Source: Octopus sinensis
Lineage: Eukaryota
Assembly (NCBI RefSeq): GCF_006345805.1
Contig: NC_043003.1
Span: forward strand, 42,408,001 to 42,472,000
Direction of reading: 5' to 3'
Length of the DNA stretch: 64,000 bases
Numbering within the stretch: the stretch's first letter is position 1; each line of letters starts with the position of its first letter. A model generated the notes under the pieces. It did not search any database. It was not told the origin of the DNA and was given only the letters and a program-made list of their open reading frames with translations. This document shows, in pieces, positions 40,131 through 53,029 of this stretch. Made by a program: the position numbers and the translations under genes.

Positions 40131-40298
40131 ACAGTAGTACCTCGGTTTTCGAACAACTCTGATCACGAAAAAATCGTGCTCTCTATATATATATATTGAT
40201 ATAGATGTTTATAAAGCACGATTTATTCGTGATCAGAGTTGTTCGAAAATCGAGGTACTACTGTAGTAAATTAAGAAATAAATAAAACATATGCATAT
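40097..40298. repeat. Inverted repeat, 84-bp arms, 34-bp spacer, containing Tigger-like TIRs
   Basis: TA|CAGTAGTACCTCGGTTTTCGAAC at 40132, mirrored at 40263. The symmetry extends 35 bp outside the TIRs. Confidence 0.88.
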
Positions 40299-40301
40299 GT
40301 G

Positions 40302-40338
<37 letters not shown>

Positions 40339-40370
40339 GTGAGTGTGTCTGTGTGTTTGCGAACATACAT

Positions 40371-40404
<34 letters not shown>

Positions 40405-40471
40405 GTATGTGTTTTTATGTCATATATAAAAACAATATAATGTTAAACTGAATGATCTCAATATTTGGTTG

Positions 40472-40507
<36 letters not shown>

Positions 40508-40903
40508 CTTTTAACAGAAAAAAGTTTACAATCACTTCCAAGTTTCAGCTTAGTGACCGTTATCGGACTGATAATCTATATACATATATATAACTGAGAA
40601 TGCGTGTCTGTCTGTGTGAATCCCGAAATGAGCTTTTATGTATTTTTGTAAATTTATATATTTATCTTCTATGTATTTTTCTCTGGAATTTTAATTCGTC
40701 TTTTTAATATGTCATTATATGTTTTATTACCCCACATTTTTAATTTAACAAATTTAGACCAAACTAGCACTATACCCGGCAACGCCGGGTCATAATGCTG
40801 GGAGCTAATAAAATAAAACTTCGAAGTTACTGGCAAATAAATTTTCTTTCTAAATATTAACACATGAGTGTGTGTGTGTATGTATATATAATTGTGTGTG
40901 TAC

Positions 40904-40942
<39 letters not shown>

Positions 40943-42659
40943 GTGTGTGTGTGTTGTAGGTGTGTATGTGTGTGTGTGTGTGTATTTCAGAGAGATAGAG
41001 AGGTAGGGTGGAAAGTACTATTATGAACTATGTTATGCTTCTTTCCCCATAAATACCAAAGTGGAATATTTCTTTCTTAAAGGATATTAAAGAACGAAAC
41101 CAAAATTTCAGAAAGAAAATTATCGCTGTACAAGAAAACCGAACCTGCGTACTGCCACCACCGCCAGCACCACCACCACCACCACCACCACCAGTAGCAG
41201 CAGAAGCGGTAACGTATCCCTTTCCAACACCACCAGCACCACCACCACCACAATTATCTCGCCCCATCTACCGACACCAACGCCACCACTTCTTCATAAA
41301 TGCTTTTCCCTTTCAGACTCCTTCTCACAGACTCTCTCTCCCAACTCGTACCAGCAATGCCACTCTTGCAGCAGTAGTAGGTTCGACCTTTTTATTCTTC
41401 TCTTTCCAAGACATTGTTGTCGCTATGAAGGGGAAAGAAACAATTATATACTGTGTGGGTGGGGGAGGGGGTAGAGAGTGAGTGTGTGTGCGTGCGCGTG
41501 TGTGTTAGAAAGAGTAAGAACGAAATGGAGTGAGAGAGAGAGAGAGAGAGAAGAGAAAAGAAAGAGTGCGTGTGTGTTTGTGCGCGCGTTGCTTGAATGT
41601 ACAAGTGTGTGTCCCTGTATGTGTGCGTAGGCTAGAGTGCGTGTGCATCAATTTACATGTGTATATATCTACGTACATGTAGTATTTATGTGTATGTAAA
41701 TGTGTGTGTGTTTACGTATATATATATATATATACGTACATACATATGTGTGTATGTATGATATGCAAGCATAGATTTGTGTGTGTATGTATACGTATAT
41801 GTGTATACATACACATATATGCATATGCATGTGTGAATGCATGATATGCACGTGTATACAAATGCACGTGTGTACATATATATATATATGTATATATGTG
41901 TGTGTATTTATTATATATAAGTATATTTATATATATGTGTGTGCGCGCGCGTGCATTTGCGTATTTATATATAAGCATTTTTTTGTGTACGCATGTATGC
42001 ATATGTGCTGGTGTGTGTCTCGTACTTTCCATTGCCTGATTACCTCAGGCGCAACATAGCAGCAACACTACTACTACTACTACTACTACTACTACATGCA
42101 ATGTAATAGCTGCAAGAATCTAGGTCTGACGTACTGACTTAACCCTTCCCTCCTACTTTTAACATCACTTTAATATATCTTTTTACCTTAATTCATCTCC
42201 CTCTGTTTTCTCCCCCTATCCCTCTTCTCCCATCTATCTATCTATCTATCTATCTATCTACGTTTCTTTCATTCTTCCTCACTATCTCACGGTTCTTCTA
42301 ATTCCATTACATTCTCATATGATCACACATCCATAAACATACATTGCCACACACACAAACATCGTCGTGTGTAAATGTGCAACACCATATACTCACGCAT
42401 ACGCACTTAATCTTGCACATCCTTGCACACAAATTCACATGCGCTGCTACGTAAACACAGTAACGTTATCACACGCATTCCAACACTCATACACAACGCA
42501 AAAACATATACATATACATTTATATTTATATATTCTCGCAGGTAAACAGATGTGAACGCCTACATCCACATACAGATATAACTGACATGTAGTAACGCTC
42601 ATTTCCCAATATTTATATACGTGTGTGTGTAAGGAAGCACGTGCGTGTACCTGCATGTA

Positions 42660-42990
42660 TGTGTGTATGTGTGTGTGTGTGTGTGTGAGCGTGTGTGTGT
42701 GTGAGCGTGTGTGTGTGTGAGCGTGTGTGTGTGTGAGCGTGTGTGTGTGTGTGAGCGTGTGTGTGTGTGTGTGAGCGTGTGTGTGTGAGCGTGTGTGTGT
42801 GTGTGAGCGTGTGTGTGTGTGTGTGAGCGTGTGTGTGGGTGTCGTGAGCGTGTGTGTGTGTGTGTGTGAGCGTGTGTGTGTGTGTGTGAGCGTGTGTGTG
42901 TGTGTGAGCGTGTGTGTGTGTGTGTGTGAGCGTGTGTGTGTGTGTGTGTGAGCGTGTGTGTGTGTGTGAGCGTGTGTGTGTGTGTGTGTG
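42660..42990. repeat. Compound (TG)n-AGCG minisatellite
   Basis: About 20 units of GAGC(GT)4-9. Confidence 0.9.
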
Positions 42991-43181
42991 AATTTATATA
43001 AATATATACAAGCATAAACATACGGGCAGAGATATGCTCATGCATACACAACCATATACACACACATTTCTGCGAATATATATTTGTGTGTGTGTGTATA
43101 TATATATATTATACACATATACTTATATATATATATATATACACATATACTTTATTATATATATATATATATATATTATAT

Positions 43182-43229
<48 letters not shown>

Positions 43230-43735
43230 TTATATATATAGTGTAGATATATATATATATATGTGTAATATATATATATATATATTCATATATATAAACA
43301 TAGATATATACGAATGTATTTATACACACACACACAAACATTTATATATATACACATATACTTTATATATATATATATAATATATATATATACACACATC
43401 ATTATAATATATATAATATATATATATATTATACATATATTATATATATATATGTGTATATATATATAATATATATGTGATATATATATATATATATATA
43501 TTCATATATATAAACATAGATTATATACGAATGTTTATACACACACACAAACATTTATATGATTATACACATACTATCTATAGAAGCTTATTGCGTATAT
43601 ATTATATGTAAATAATATATATATATATATATATTATTTGCATTTGTATTTCGTTTTTGTATTGGTTTGGCAAGATCTTTATGAGAATTCGTGTGTACAT
43701 ATATACATATGTATATATATATATATATAATATAT

Positions 43736-43770
<35 letters not shown>

Positions 43771-43829
43771 TATATACACACACACACATATATATATCAA
43801 CGAGGTTGTACTTTCTTTGTTACTACGAG

Positions 43830-45070
43830 AAGTAATATACAGTATAATATACGTTATGCTAAAAAGCGGACCTTGTCCAGTATATGTGCTGGAGGTCACG
43901 AACCTTGTAAAAAGCTGTAATGTCGAGTGTAGTCAGATCCTATTGACCAGTTTCCTTCTGTCTCCCGTTTCTTCCATGATTTCTCTACCACACCTTTTCA
44001 CAAGGTTTGCAGCCTCCAGCGCATATGCTCGACAAGGTTTCTTTTTTGTTTTATATATATATTTGCTCCCTATTTGATACCGTATTCACGGATGAAATAC
44101 AAATGCGTCCGTTCCTCATCAACAGCAACCCTCAAATTTAAGTCTGCCTTGTTTTGATGGTTTCTGTTAGAAATGATATATTTCCACATACGTTGCTCTA
44201 AAGAAAAGTTTTAAAACTATCAACGTTTCGGTACATATCTCAATAATCTATTCCGATCACTGTTATATTACCGTTATATCAAGTTTTCAGATTCGCATAT
44301 AAGTATGCTTTCTGCAGCGTCTATAGAAATCTGCATTTTGAGGCCATAAATATATATGGTTCATATATTAAGGAGGTCTTGTTCATTGCTGACCATGCTA
44401 ATTCAACTTTTGTTTCAACGCTTCTCTTTGTGATTTTCAACTAAGAGCCTAGATAATTGAATTTATTAACAACATTTCAAGTTTTCACTCTTTCATTATA
44501 TAATAAGCTCTTTTGGTTGACTGAAATCCACAAACTCTGTCTAAAATCTCAATGACATGCAGCCCGATCTGTTTTGCAACCTTCACAACTCGTTGAAGCT
44601 GTAGTTGAGGTATATCTGCAGCATATAATTTTTATCAGTGATGATAGTTGCAGAATGACGCCTGCAACTATTTTCACTGGTAAAAACTGTTCCTTCTGCA
44701 TTTGATGCTGTAATTCGTAATGAATATTCCAATGTCACAAGGAAAGGAAAGGTTGTAAGCAAGTCACCTTGTAGTACTCCTGACAGAATCTCAAAACATC
44801 TGAATCACTATGTTTCAAGTGATAAAACTTGAGTCACATTATCGTTGAGAAAACGTTGCTTTCCTTTAAGATGCATCGAAATGTTATAATAAAGCCTACA
44901 ACTTATATAACTGCATTTAGCGTCTGATCTTCGATACTCTCTGTAAGCCTTTGTGTATGCAAAAATGTGCGATAATGTAGATCTATCTGGAAGGAAACGC
45001 TTTTGGTTGATATATGGAGTAAAGTAACATTTAGCTGTAGAATTCAACTGCAATAAGTGATCAACAAATG
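43830..45070 (-). mobile_element. Decayed RTE-clade LINE RT region
   Basis: FEILSGVLQGDLLTTFPFLVTLEYSLR; KFNYLGS; ELAWSAMNK. Confidence 0.6.
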
Positions 45071-45222
45071 CCCCTGTATTGTTTACAATATTCAGTATAT
45101 ATTTTCTTTGGGATTTGCACTAGACCATATTTTATCCAATTATCAGCTTTGACTTTATGTAAGGGTTTATTACACTCTTCAAATAATGGATCCAAGTGCT
45201 TCCTGTTTTCCATACTTCCGCT

Positions 45223-45279
<57 letters not shown>

Positions 45280-45393
45280 TAATCCAAACAAGGAAACACA
45301 AAAACACAACGCGAGGACGTGGAACAAATAAGTATTATTGGACGCTCAGGAATATATATATATATGTGTGTGTGTTGTGTGTGGTGTGTGTGG

Positions 45394-45431
<38 letters not shown>

Positions 45432-45435
<4 letters not shown>

Positions 45436-45675
45436 CGCGTGGTTAGGTTAAGGTTCAGCATCATGATCGTAAGATTGTGGTTACGATTCCTGGACCGGGC
45501 GACGTGTTTGGGTTCTTGAGCCAAAACACATCATTTCACGTTGCTCCAGTCCACTCAGCAAGAAAAAATCGTAGAGATGCGATGGACTGGCGTCCTGTCC
45601 AGCTCGGGAACACATACACCAAAGAAACCGGGAAACCGGGCCCATGAGCCTGGCTAGGCTTTAAAAGGGCGCATT
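45432..45675 (+). mobile_element. SINE family C-related copy
   Basis: gaggcgcgtggttagg..gattcctggaccgggcg..gcgatggactggcgtcctgtccag. Confidence 0.7.
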
Positions 45676-45873
45676 TATTAGATATATATATCATATATTA
45701 TATATATATATAAGGTATACTAGCCATCTCAATATGGCTAACCACTAAGGGTGGGTGTTACTGTAGCTTGTAGCCCCAGAAGAACATCGTCCCCAGCTGG
45801 CTTTAGGCACACTTTCTGTGCCCTATGGTATTTGCAAAGGGAGGTCATCCCTCCCTCGTCAACCTAAGTGATA

Positions 45874-45918
45874 CGCACGGACTGCAGTTTCTAGGTATTT
45901 GCCTGTCTTCAGCGTACG
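45874..45918 (-). ncRNA. Type I hammerhead motif (left arm)
   Basis: CGTACG-CTGAAGA-C-AGG(CAAATA)CCT-A-GAAAC-TGCA-GTC-CGTGCG. Confidence 0.7.
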
Positions 45919-46106
45919 GCAATCACCGGTTTTCGATGAAGGGAGTCCCAATGCAAATCCTTATATATCGTTTTTCCAGTAACTTTTCGTCACTGATCTC
46001 GAAAAATCTTGCATACAGTTTTTCGAGATCAGTGACGAATAGTTACTGGAAAAACGATATATAAGGATTTGCATTGGGACTCCCTTCATCGAAAACCGGT
46101 GATTGC

Positions 46107-46150
46107 CGTACGCTGAAGACAGGCAAATACTTGAAACTGCAGTCCGTGCG
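46107..46150 (+). ncRNA. Type I hammerhead motif (right arm), canonical GUC site
   Basis: CGTACG-CTGAAGA-C-AGG(CAAATA)CTT-GAAAC-TGCA-GTC-CGTGCG; 6-bp stem I and ACTGCAGT palindrome. Confidence 0.8.
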
Positions 46151-46339
46151 TAACACTTAGGTTGACGAGGGAGGGATGACCTCCCTTTGCAAATACCATA
46201 AGGGCACAGAAAGTGTGCCTAAAGTCAGCTGGAGACAATGTTCTCCTGGGGCTACAAGTGGTAGCCATATTGAGATGGCTAGTATATCTTACATTGTCGT
46301 GCAGTTACTGTTTACATCTCGTTCAGAGATTTATTATTG

Positions 46340-46397
<58 letters not shown>

Positions 46398-47654
46398 TAT
46401 ATATGTATATATATATTTATACATATATGCATGTATGTAAGTATGTATAAATACGAAGATATATATGCATAGAGATACAAATTCACACACGCATACACAG
46501 ACATATACATTTATACATGTATACACAGAATGGTAAATGTATTCAAGTTTGTGAATATGTGTATGCGATTAGTGGTCGGGGACTTATTATTTCTACTAAG
46601 TTACTTTCATATAAACGGAGCACGTAATTATGACACCTAGTTGCTGTTTTCAATGAACGAGCGAACGTGACCCAGACGGTGTTGGACGAACCAATAAACT
46701 CGGTGATGGTGGCTGATCTATTTGACTCCCTTGCTGAACAAGAGCTGGTCTATTATCGCATAAAAGAAAATAGCGCCGTCAGAATAAGTGGAGGAGACTA
46801 TAAACTGCTTTCGAAGAAGCTTAAGTAAAGTCACTCGACTTGCTAGAAATGGGTGCTAAATCTCCTTAAAACTCCAACTCTACTTTCTTCAAATAATGCA
46901 CATTATATGATATAGTCAGCAGTAAAATACCTGCAAAATATGATATGTAATGATACGGAAACTTGTAAGTGGGAATGAAATTTAGCATCGAAAACCAACT
47001 TTCATTCTCATAATCCCAGCAATATTGACTGATGCTTTCAAAGATGGTGATACTGGAATTGAAATCAGGTGTCATATTATTGCACTATTTTAGAACCGAG
47101 GAAGCTTTATATTTAAACAATTGTAATGATAGGCATCTGCAGAGCCGTCTTGCTAAGTGATCGCAGCCCTCTCAACACTGATTCAAGGTGTGATAAAAAG
47201 CGCAACGTTGAGTGATTTTTCAGAGTACAACAAAAGTACTGCCAGAGTCACGGAAATCTGACAGCCACCAAATTACAACCAATAGACTGAGTCCATCCCC
47301 AAAGTCTTATATCATTGTTGTATATTCTATCACAGATTGTCACTATCAATGATCAGGTGAGCGTTGGAATCCCAGAGACTTGACTTTTAGCAGGTTGCAT
47401 TCTAAAATAGCGATTCTCAACCGGTGCGTTGCAATGCATCTTTGAGTGCGATACAGTGCTTTTTAAATATATATAATTTATGCCATTAAAATATCCATAC
47501 AGATGCTTGATGCTCTTAAAAGGTGAGTGGTTCTTAGTTTTATTATACAAACGTAATGATTGTAAAAACGATATAAATAAAAATTTACACACTTTTTTTG
47601 TCTTGATTTTAATATTAAAGCATTTTTTTTAAATTCTTCATGAGAAGTTCACTC

Positions 47655-48056
47655 TTTTACTTTTACTCTTTTACTTGTTTCAGTCATTTGACTGTGGCCA
47701 TGCTGGAGTACCGCCTTTAGTCGAGCAAATCGACCCCAGGACTTATTCTTTCTAAGCCTTGTACTTATTCTATCGGTTTCTTTTGCCGAACCACTAAGTT
47801 ACGGGACGTAAACACACCAGCATCGGTTGTCAAGCTATGTTGGGGGGACAAACACAGACACACAAACACGCATATATACATACAAATATATACGACGGGT
47901 TTCTTTCAGTTTCCGTCTACCAAATCCACTCACAAGGCTTTGGTCGGCCCGAGGCTATAGTAGAAGACACTTGCCCAAGGTGCCACGCAGAAGGACTGAA
48001 CCCGGAACCATATGGTTGGTAAGCAAGCTACTTACCACACAGCCACTCCTACGCCA
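47655..48056 (-). mobile_element. SINE family A, near full length
   Basis: Reverse complement begins ggcgtaggagtggctgtgtggtaagtagcttgc; CORE-like gcgtggcaccttgggcaagtgtctt. Confidence 0.88.
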
Positions 48057-48424
48057 AATGATTTAAAACATATTACCGTATTTGATGGAATAAAAAAACT
48101 CAAGAGCATATTAGAACACCTCAATTTCACTAGTGCATATTCCAAAGGAAAGTGTTTAGTGTATTAAAGCACATAATATAAGCACAACTTTGCATAGATG
48201 AACAGGGATAATATTTTGATTAATGTTTTTATTTAGCAAAAACAGTAGAGTATCAACGCTAGTAGTTTTTGCTTGATCTCCGGTATAGCCCGAAGACAAA
48301 AATATTGACAACTTCTACGAACAGAAGGTGGGCTACAAAGAGAAAGAGCTAAACGTTAGACTAATTGTGCTCCAGAACTACAATAGTGAAAATTGGCCTT
48401 CTTTACAAACTTCAAATGCGATAA

Positions 48425-48620
48425 ACTGGCAGAATCGTTATCACGCTGGATAATTTACTTAGCGGCATTCCATTTGTCTTTACGTGCTAAGCTCAAATTC
48501 CATCGAGGTCGACTTTGCCTTTCATCATTTCATAATTATCAGTCGAGCACTGGGGTCGATATAATTGAATGGCCCCTTCCGCCAAGATTTCAGGTCTTGT
48601 ACCTATAATAAAGGATTATA
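48425..48620 (+). mobile_element. SINE family B
   Basis: ctggcagaatcgttatcacgc..gaggtcgactttgcctttcatc. Confidence 0.75.
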
Positions 48621-48939
48621 CTAACTTCCGTCCAAAAGACAATTTTCACTCAACCCAACTTAAAAAATCTTCAGTATTAGATTACAGAAAAGGATGTATT
48701 TTGATATGCTTATTGGAACACACCTTAATATCTTTTAAATCATACAGATGTAGTCCCAAGGCATATGATAGAATAAGAGAAGTGTGAACATTTGAGAGGG
48801 GGACAATTTAAGAAAGTGACTGAATGTATAATGCAACAGTAGAAAAAAATTAGTTTATAACAATGAGGAAGCGAATGACAGAGGCAACTGATGAATAAAA
48901 GAACGACAGCAATAATAAAGGCATGTCAGAAACAATGAC

Positions 48940-48941
<2 letters not shown>

Positions 48942-49024
<83 letters not shown>

Positions 49025-49025
49025 C
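48942..49025. repeat. (GATA)n microsatellite
   Basis: About 20 units. Confidence 0.95.
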
Positions 49026-51165
49026 AGACGGAGAGAGAGAAAGGAGTAGAAGGAATAAGAGAACGACAAAAGAGAATAATAGAAGTAACTAAAGTATAGA
49101 ACGAATGCGATAATAACATGAAAAATAACGAATATAAACAATATGAAAAGAAGTGAATGAATAGGAAATATAGAAAGATAATTAATGAAAGAAAAATATA
49201 TGAGAAAAATAACGAGATGATAATTAAAAGAGAATAAAAGATTAAAGGAACAATGGGATAAAAAAATATATATAATCGTAATCAGTTAAATAGAGGAAGA
49301 ATACGAATATAAAAGAAATAAATTAATGTGAGATATAACAACACAAAAGTAAGAATAACAGAATTGCAGGTTAAAATGAATAAAAAAAACAAAAAGAAAC
49401 AGGACGATTGAATTGAATAAGAGAAGGAAAGAAGAAGAAAGAGGAAATATATGAATGATAGAAATAAATGTATATAAAGAATATAAATGATACAAATTTC
49501 ATCGTTGTTCTTCCGAAAACAAATTGGAGTTTCATAAGAAATTATAATTCTTTGTGCTCTCTGATTACCTTAGAATTTCTCTGTTTAAGTTTCTAATTAA
49601 GGGTTCGTTAACTTAATTATATAATTGCGTTCCATAGATTGCATAAAGATGTTTATTATATATTATTTATTTTTGTATATACGTTAGTTGTACAACTTAT
49701 ACAGAAACACACGCGTTCACCCCACAAAATGCACATACAATATAACGCACGCTTACTCTGTCACGCACATCGATCAGCGAGGTTTTTCAGCTTCAGTGCT
49801 AAACATTGAATTAAATTATTTTGTCGTGTTTGGTTATGTTCTTAGCGTTTCTAATAAAGTTTTTATTATAGCTATCATTAATTCATGGAGACTGAAAAAA
49901 CAGTTTGTTTTTTTTAGTAAATTACAGCTGTTTATTTTTTCGGGACGTATGCGACCCTATTATCTTAAGCAAATGTCTTGCAGAGTCCATCTACTTCCAA
50001 CACCCATGTCTACTGGGCCACCGAAGAAGCAACGATTTTAACGAGAAAATTCAAATACTTAAATTTGACGCGTGTGTCGAGCACGGGAGTGAGTAAGAGA
50101 GAAAGGGAGAGAGCGCAAGAGAGTAGCTGATAGGTATTTGAATTCCTTTCTACGATTGAACTGAAATTGACCCCTGGTTATTACCCCCACACACACACAC
50201 ATACACATTTGTTTTAGGTCTTCTTCTACCCATTTGAGTTCGGCCATACACCAGATAACATGTTAAGACTTATATTCTGAAATTTAAATTTTGAATTTGT
50301 TTTAACTATAAAATTACACCTCAGCTAAAAAACATCTTTTTTGCTTTCGAAAACAACCTTTTGTTTCTCTTTCTATATTTTTTGTTAAGTTAGAATTTCT
50401 CTGTTTTGGTCAGGATTTTTCCAATTTCTTTTTTCTTGTATCAAGTAATGGACGAAAGCATTTAAAAAAAAATTAAATTCATAGAACCGAACAAAATCAA
50501 AAATATTAATTCTATTTTTTCCTTTACTCTCACTATATAATTAATTACCGTATCCTATATACTGTATCCTTGCGTATTAGGTGAGTATTTCAGAAATATT
50601 TTCCCCTTTTAAACAAAAACTGTCTAATACATTCGTATATGTTTTTCAATTGAAACGCTCTGAATCATTTTGGAGATTTATGTTTTTAATAATAAGTTTT
50701 AAAATATGGATAATCGCATGAGGGACACAGCATGAGAGCGTCAGTGTAGAAGGAGAGAACGGTTGAGCAAGGAACAGCGAGTGAAAATAAGGAATCAAAA
50801 TCGCGCGAGGACAAGACAGGGAAGAAACGAAATAAGCCAAGAAGAGAGGGAGCGTATCCTACCGCATAGGAGGAAAGAAATCAGCAAAAGATAGAACAAA
50901 TGAGCCAGGACCAAAAAGAAGTGTATTTTCAAAATAAGAGAGTTAGAGATCAACGAAATTGAGAAAACATGAGTCAAGAGCAAAGGCAGCAGTACTTAGA
51001 AAATATGAGAAACAGAGTTGGATCTCTCTCGGCATACCAGCAAAGCACAAAATCGCTCCAAGACCGTCATATATGTGTGTGTGTGTATGTATGTATGTAT
51101 GTATGTATGTATGTATGTATGTATGTATGTATGTATGTATGTATGTATGTATGTATGTATGTATG

Positions 51166-51199
<34 letters not shown>

Positions 51200-51234
51200 T
51201 GTATGATTGTATAATAATAATAATAATAATAATT

Positions 51235-51790
51235 CCCTGGTGCAATACCAGGCAGTGGCTCTCATGGCTTCTCATTTTTACAGATTGGAAGTGTCATCAT
51301 GTATATTATTTTGTCTTGGTATAAAAGATGGGCTACAGCAAATATTCTGCTCAATACCACAGATTTTCTTGTCAGTTGTTTGACCTTAACCAGTTGACCA
51401 TGTCCCTTAGTGGCTGACTATATGTGCATCTCTGACCTCGAGCAGAAGTAGTGGAGGAGCATCATAACCGTGTGTTGAAAGGAATTCTTAGAGGTTTGGA
51501 TAATTCCCCTTTGGAAACATGGGTGTTTCATTCAACATCCTTAAACAACCCTTATTCAGGGACATTTTGAGTGGGATAGGCTACTCGACCTGAAGAAAGT
51601 TCTAACTGGGCCCTACATGCAGGGTCTTGCGCTGTTAATCTTGATATAAGATAACTATGTCGCATACTTATGGTTGTGATACATGTGCCTGGTGTATCCT
51701 CATCAGACGGGTAGTCATGATGGATAAATTGGGCTGCGTATATTCTATCCCAGTGTCACTTTGATGGCATGCACTGCTCTCTCGCTCAGT
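51235..51790. mobile_element. Unclassified interspersed repeat in (TAA)n; its first ~55 bp recur inverted at 52093-52150
   Basis: ccctggtgcaataccaggcagtggctctcatggcttct versus agaagccatgagagccattgtctggcactgcatcaggg. Confidence 0.6.
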
Positions 51791-51799
51791 AATAATGAT

Positions 51800-52075
51800 A
51801 ATAATGAGGAAAGTAAAAGAAACTAAGATTACAATACCGGAAGATGCATGCATAAGTGACAAAAAAGTAGAAAAGATACGAAAATAAAGACTACGAGAAG
51901 ACGAAATTGCAAGAATGTGAACTATGAGGAGAGTGTCTGTCATTCCAGTAGTTGTAGGGACACTCGGAGTTCTAATAACGAAGTTCGAGAAATATGTCAT
52001 AGAAATGGGAACACACATGAGAACAGAGCAAGCCCCGAAACTTCTCTGTTGGGGCAGCTAGGATTTTGAGATTTG
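51800..52075 (+). mobile_element. R4/Dong-like RLE endonuclease C-terminal fragment
   Basis: IPEDACISDKKVEKI..EIARM.TMRRVSVIPVVVGTLG. Confidence 0.7.
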
Positions 52076-52150
52076 TAATACCGGTTATTACGCTTCCAGT
52101 CAGTTAAGATCAGAAGCCATGAGAGCCATTGTCTGGCACTGCATCAGGGC

Positions 52151-52183
<33 letters not shown>

Positions 52184-52281
52184 GATTATTATTATTGTCA
52201 TTATTATTATTATTATTATTGAGGTAACTCCTCCAGAAGATATAGAGTCAAAATTAAAAGAAGAGTGCCATTGTCATCGAG

Positions 52282-52322
52282 TGAACGATATTTCGACATC
52301 TTGTGTGTCTTCAACAGGTTCA
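52282..52322 (-). ncRNA. Hammerhead-like motif (A6U variant, AUC site)
   Basis: TGAAC-CTGTTGA-A-GACA(CACAAGA)TGTC-GAAAT-ATC-GTTCA. Confidence 0.55.
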
Positions 52323-52456
52323 AAAACTGATTTTGTCAATCTACTTCATTTTGGTTAATATATAAAAAGGATTGAGGTATCTTCCCCAGAAGATATCGAG
52401 TTACCTCAATCCTTTATATATTAACCAAAATGAAGTGGATTGACAAAATTAGTTTT

Positions 52457-52497
52457 TGAACCTGTTGAAGACACACTAGATGTCGAAATATCGTTCA
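52457..52497 (+). ncRNA. Hammerhead-like motif (A6U variant, AUC site)
   Basis: TGAAC-CTGTTGA-A-GACA(CACTAGA)TGTC-GAAAT-ATC-GTTCA. Confidence 0.55.
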
Positions 52498-53029
52498 CTC
52501 GATGACAATGGCACTCTTCTTTTAATTTTGACTCTATCATTATTATTATTATTATATTATTATTATTATTATTATTATTATTATGTACAAAACAGATTAG
52601 ACAGCTAGACAAGAAAAATTCCTAATAACGGGTTACAACAAGTAATCTTACATGCCAAAAAACCCTCCTAAATATCCTAGCTGTCTCCATTAACACTGTT
52701 TTCTGGAGTTATACTAAACTGGGTTTTATGCCTATTTCCTCTATCCGGCTGTTCAAATATTTAGAGATAGTTCCTAATGCACCTATAACTACTGGGATAC
52801 ATTTTACCCACACTTTCCTTTGTCTCTTTAATTCAAAGGCTAGGTCCTGGTACTTTGCTATTTTTTTCTATACCTCTCATATTGAATTTTTCATCATTTG
52901 GGACTGTAAAGTCAGTTATCTGGCACTTTCTTTTCTCTTTATCTACTACTACTAAATCAGGCCTTCTAGCTTCAATCTGAATGTTAACATCTTCCAACAT
53001 CTTGCAACATCTAATTATTGTTATCTCCG

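Larger units (their letters stand above)
45711..46291. mobile_element. Fold-back element, arms about 290/270 bp, 12-bp spacer, hammerhead in each arm
   Basis: 45711-46006 versus 46019-46291, near-perfect; (TA)n on both sides. Confidence 0.9.
52218..52537. mobile_element. 153-bp unit, 1.2 tandem copies then inverted, in (ATT)n; hammerhead variant in each arm
   Basis: attgaggta..ccagaagatat.gag at 52218 and 52371; inverted arms 52242-52379 and 52402-52537. Confidence 0.88.

Noticed and set aside
43080-43630. Apparent ~200-bp duplication inside TA/CA microsatellite
   Set aside because: Noisy low-complexity sequence; likely consensus error or simple slippage.
46866-47075. 69-aa aromatic-rich ORF (MTPDFNSS...)
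   Set aside because: No recognisable homology, splice signals or context; within chance expectation.
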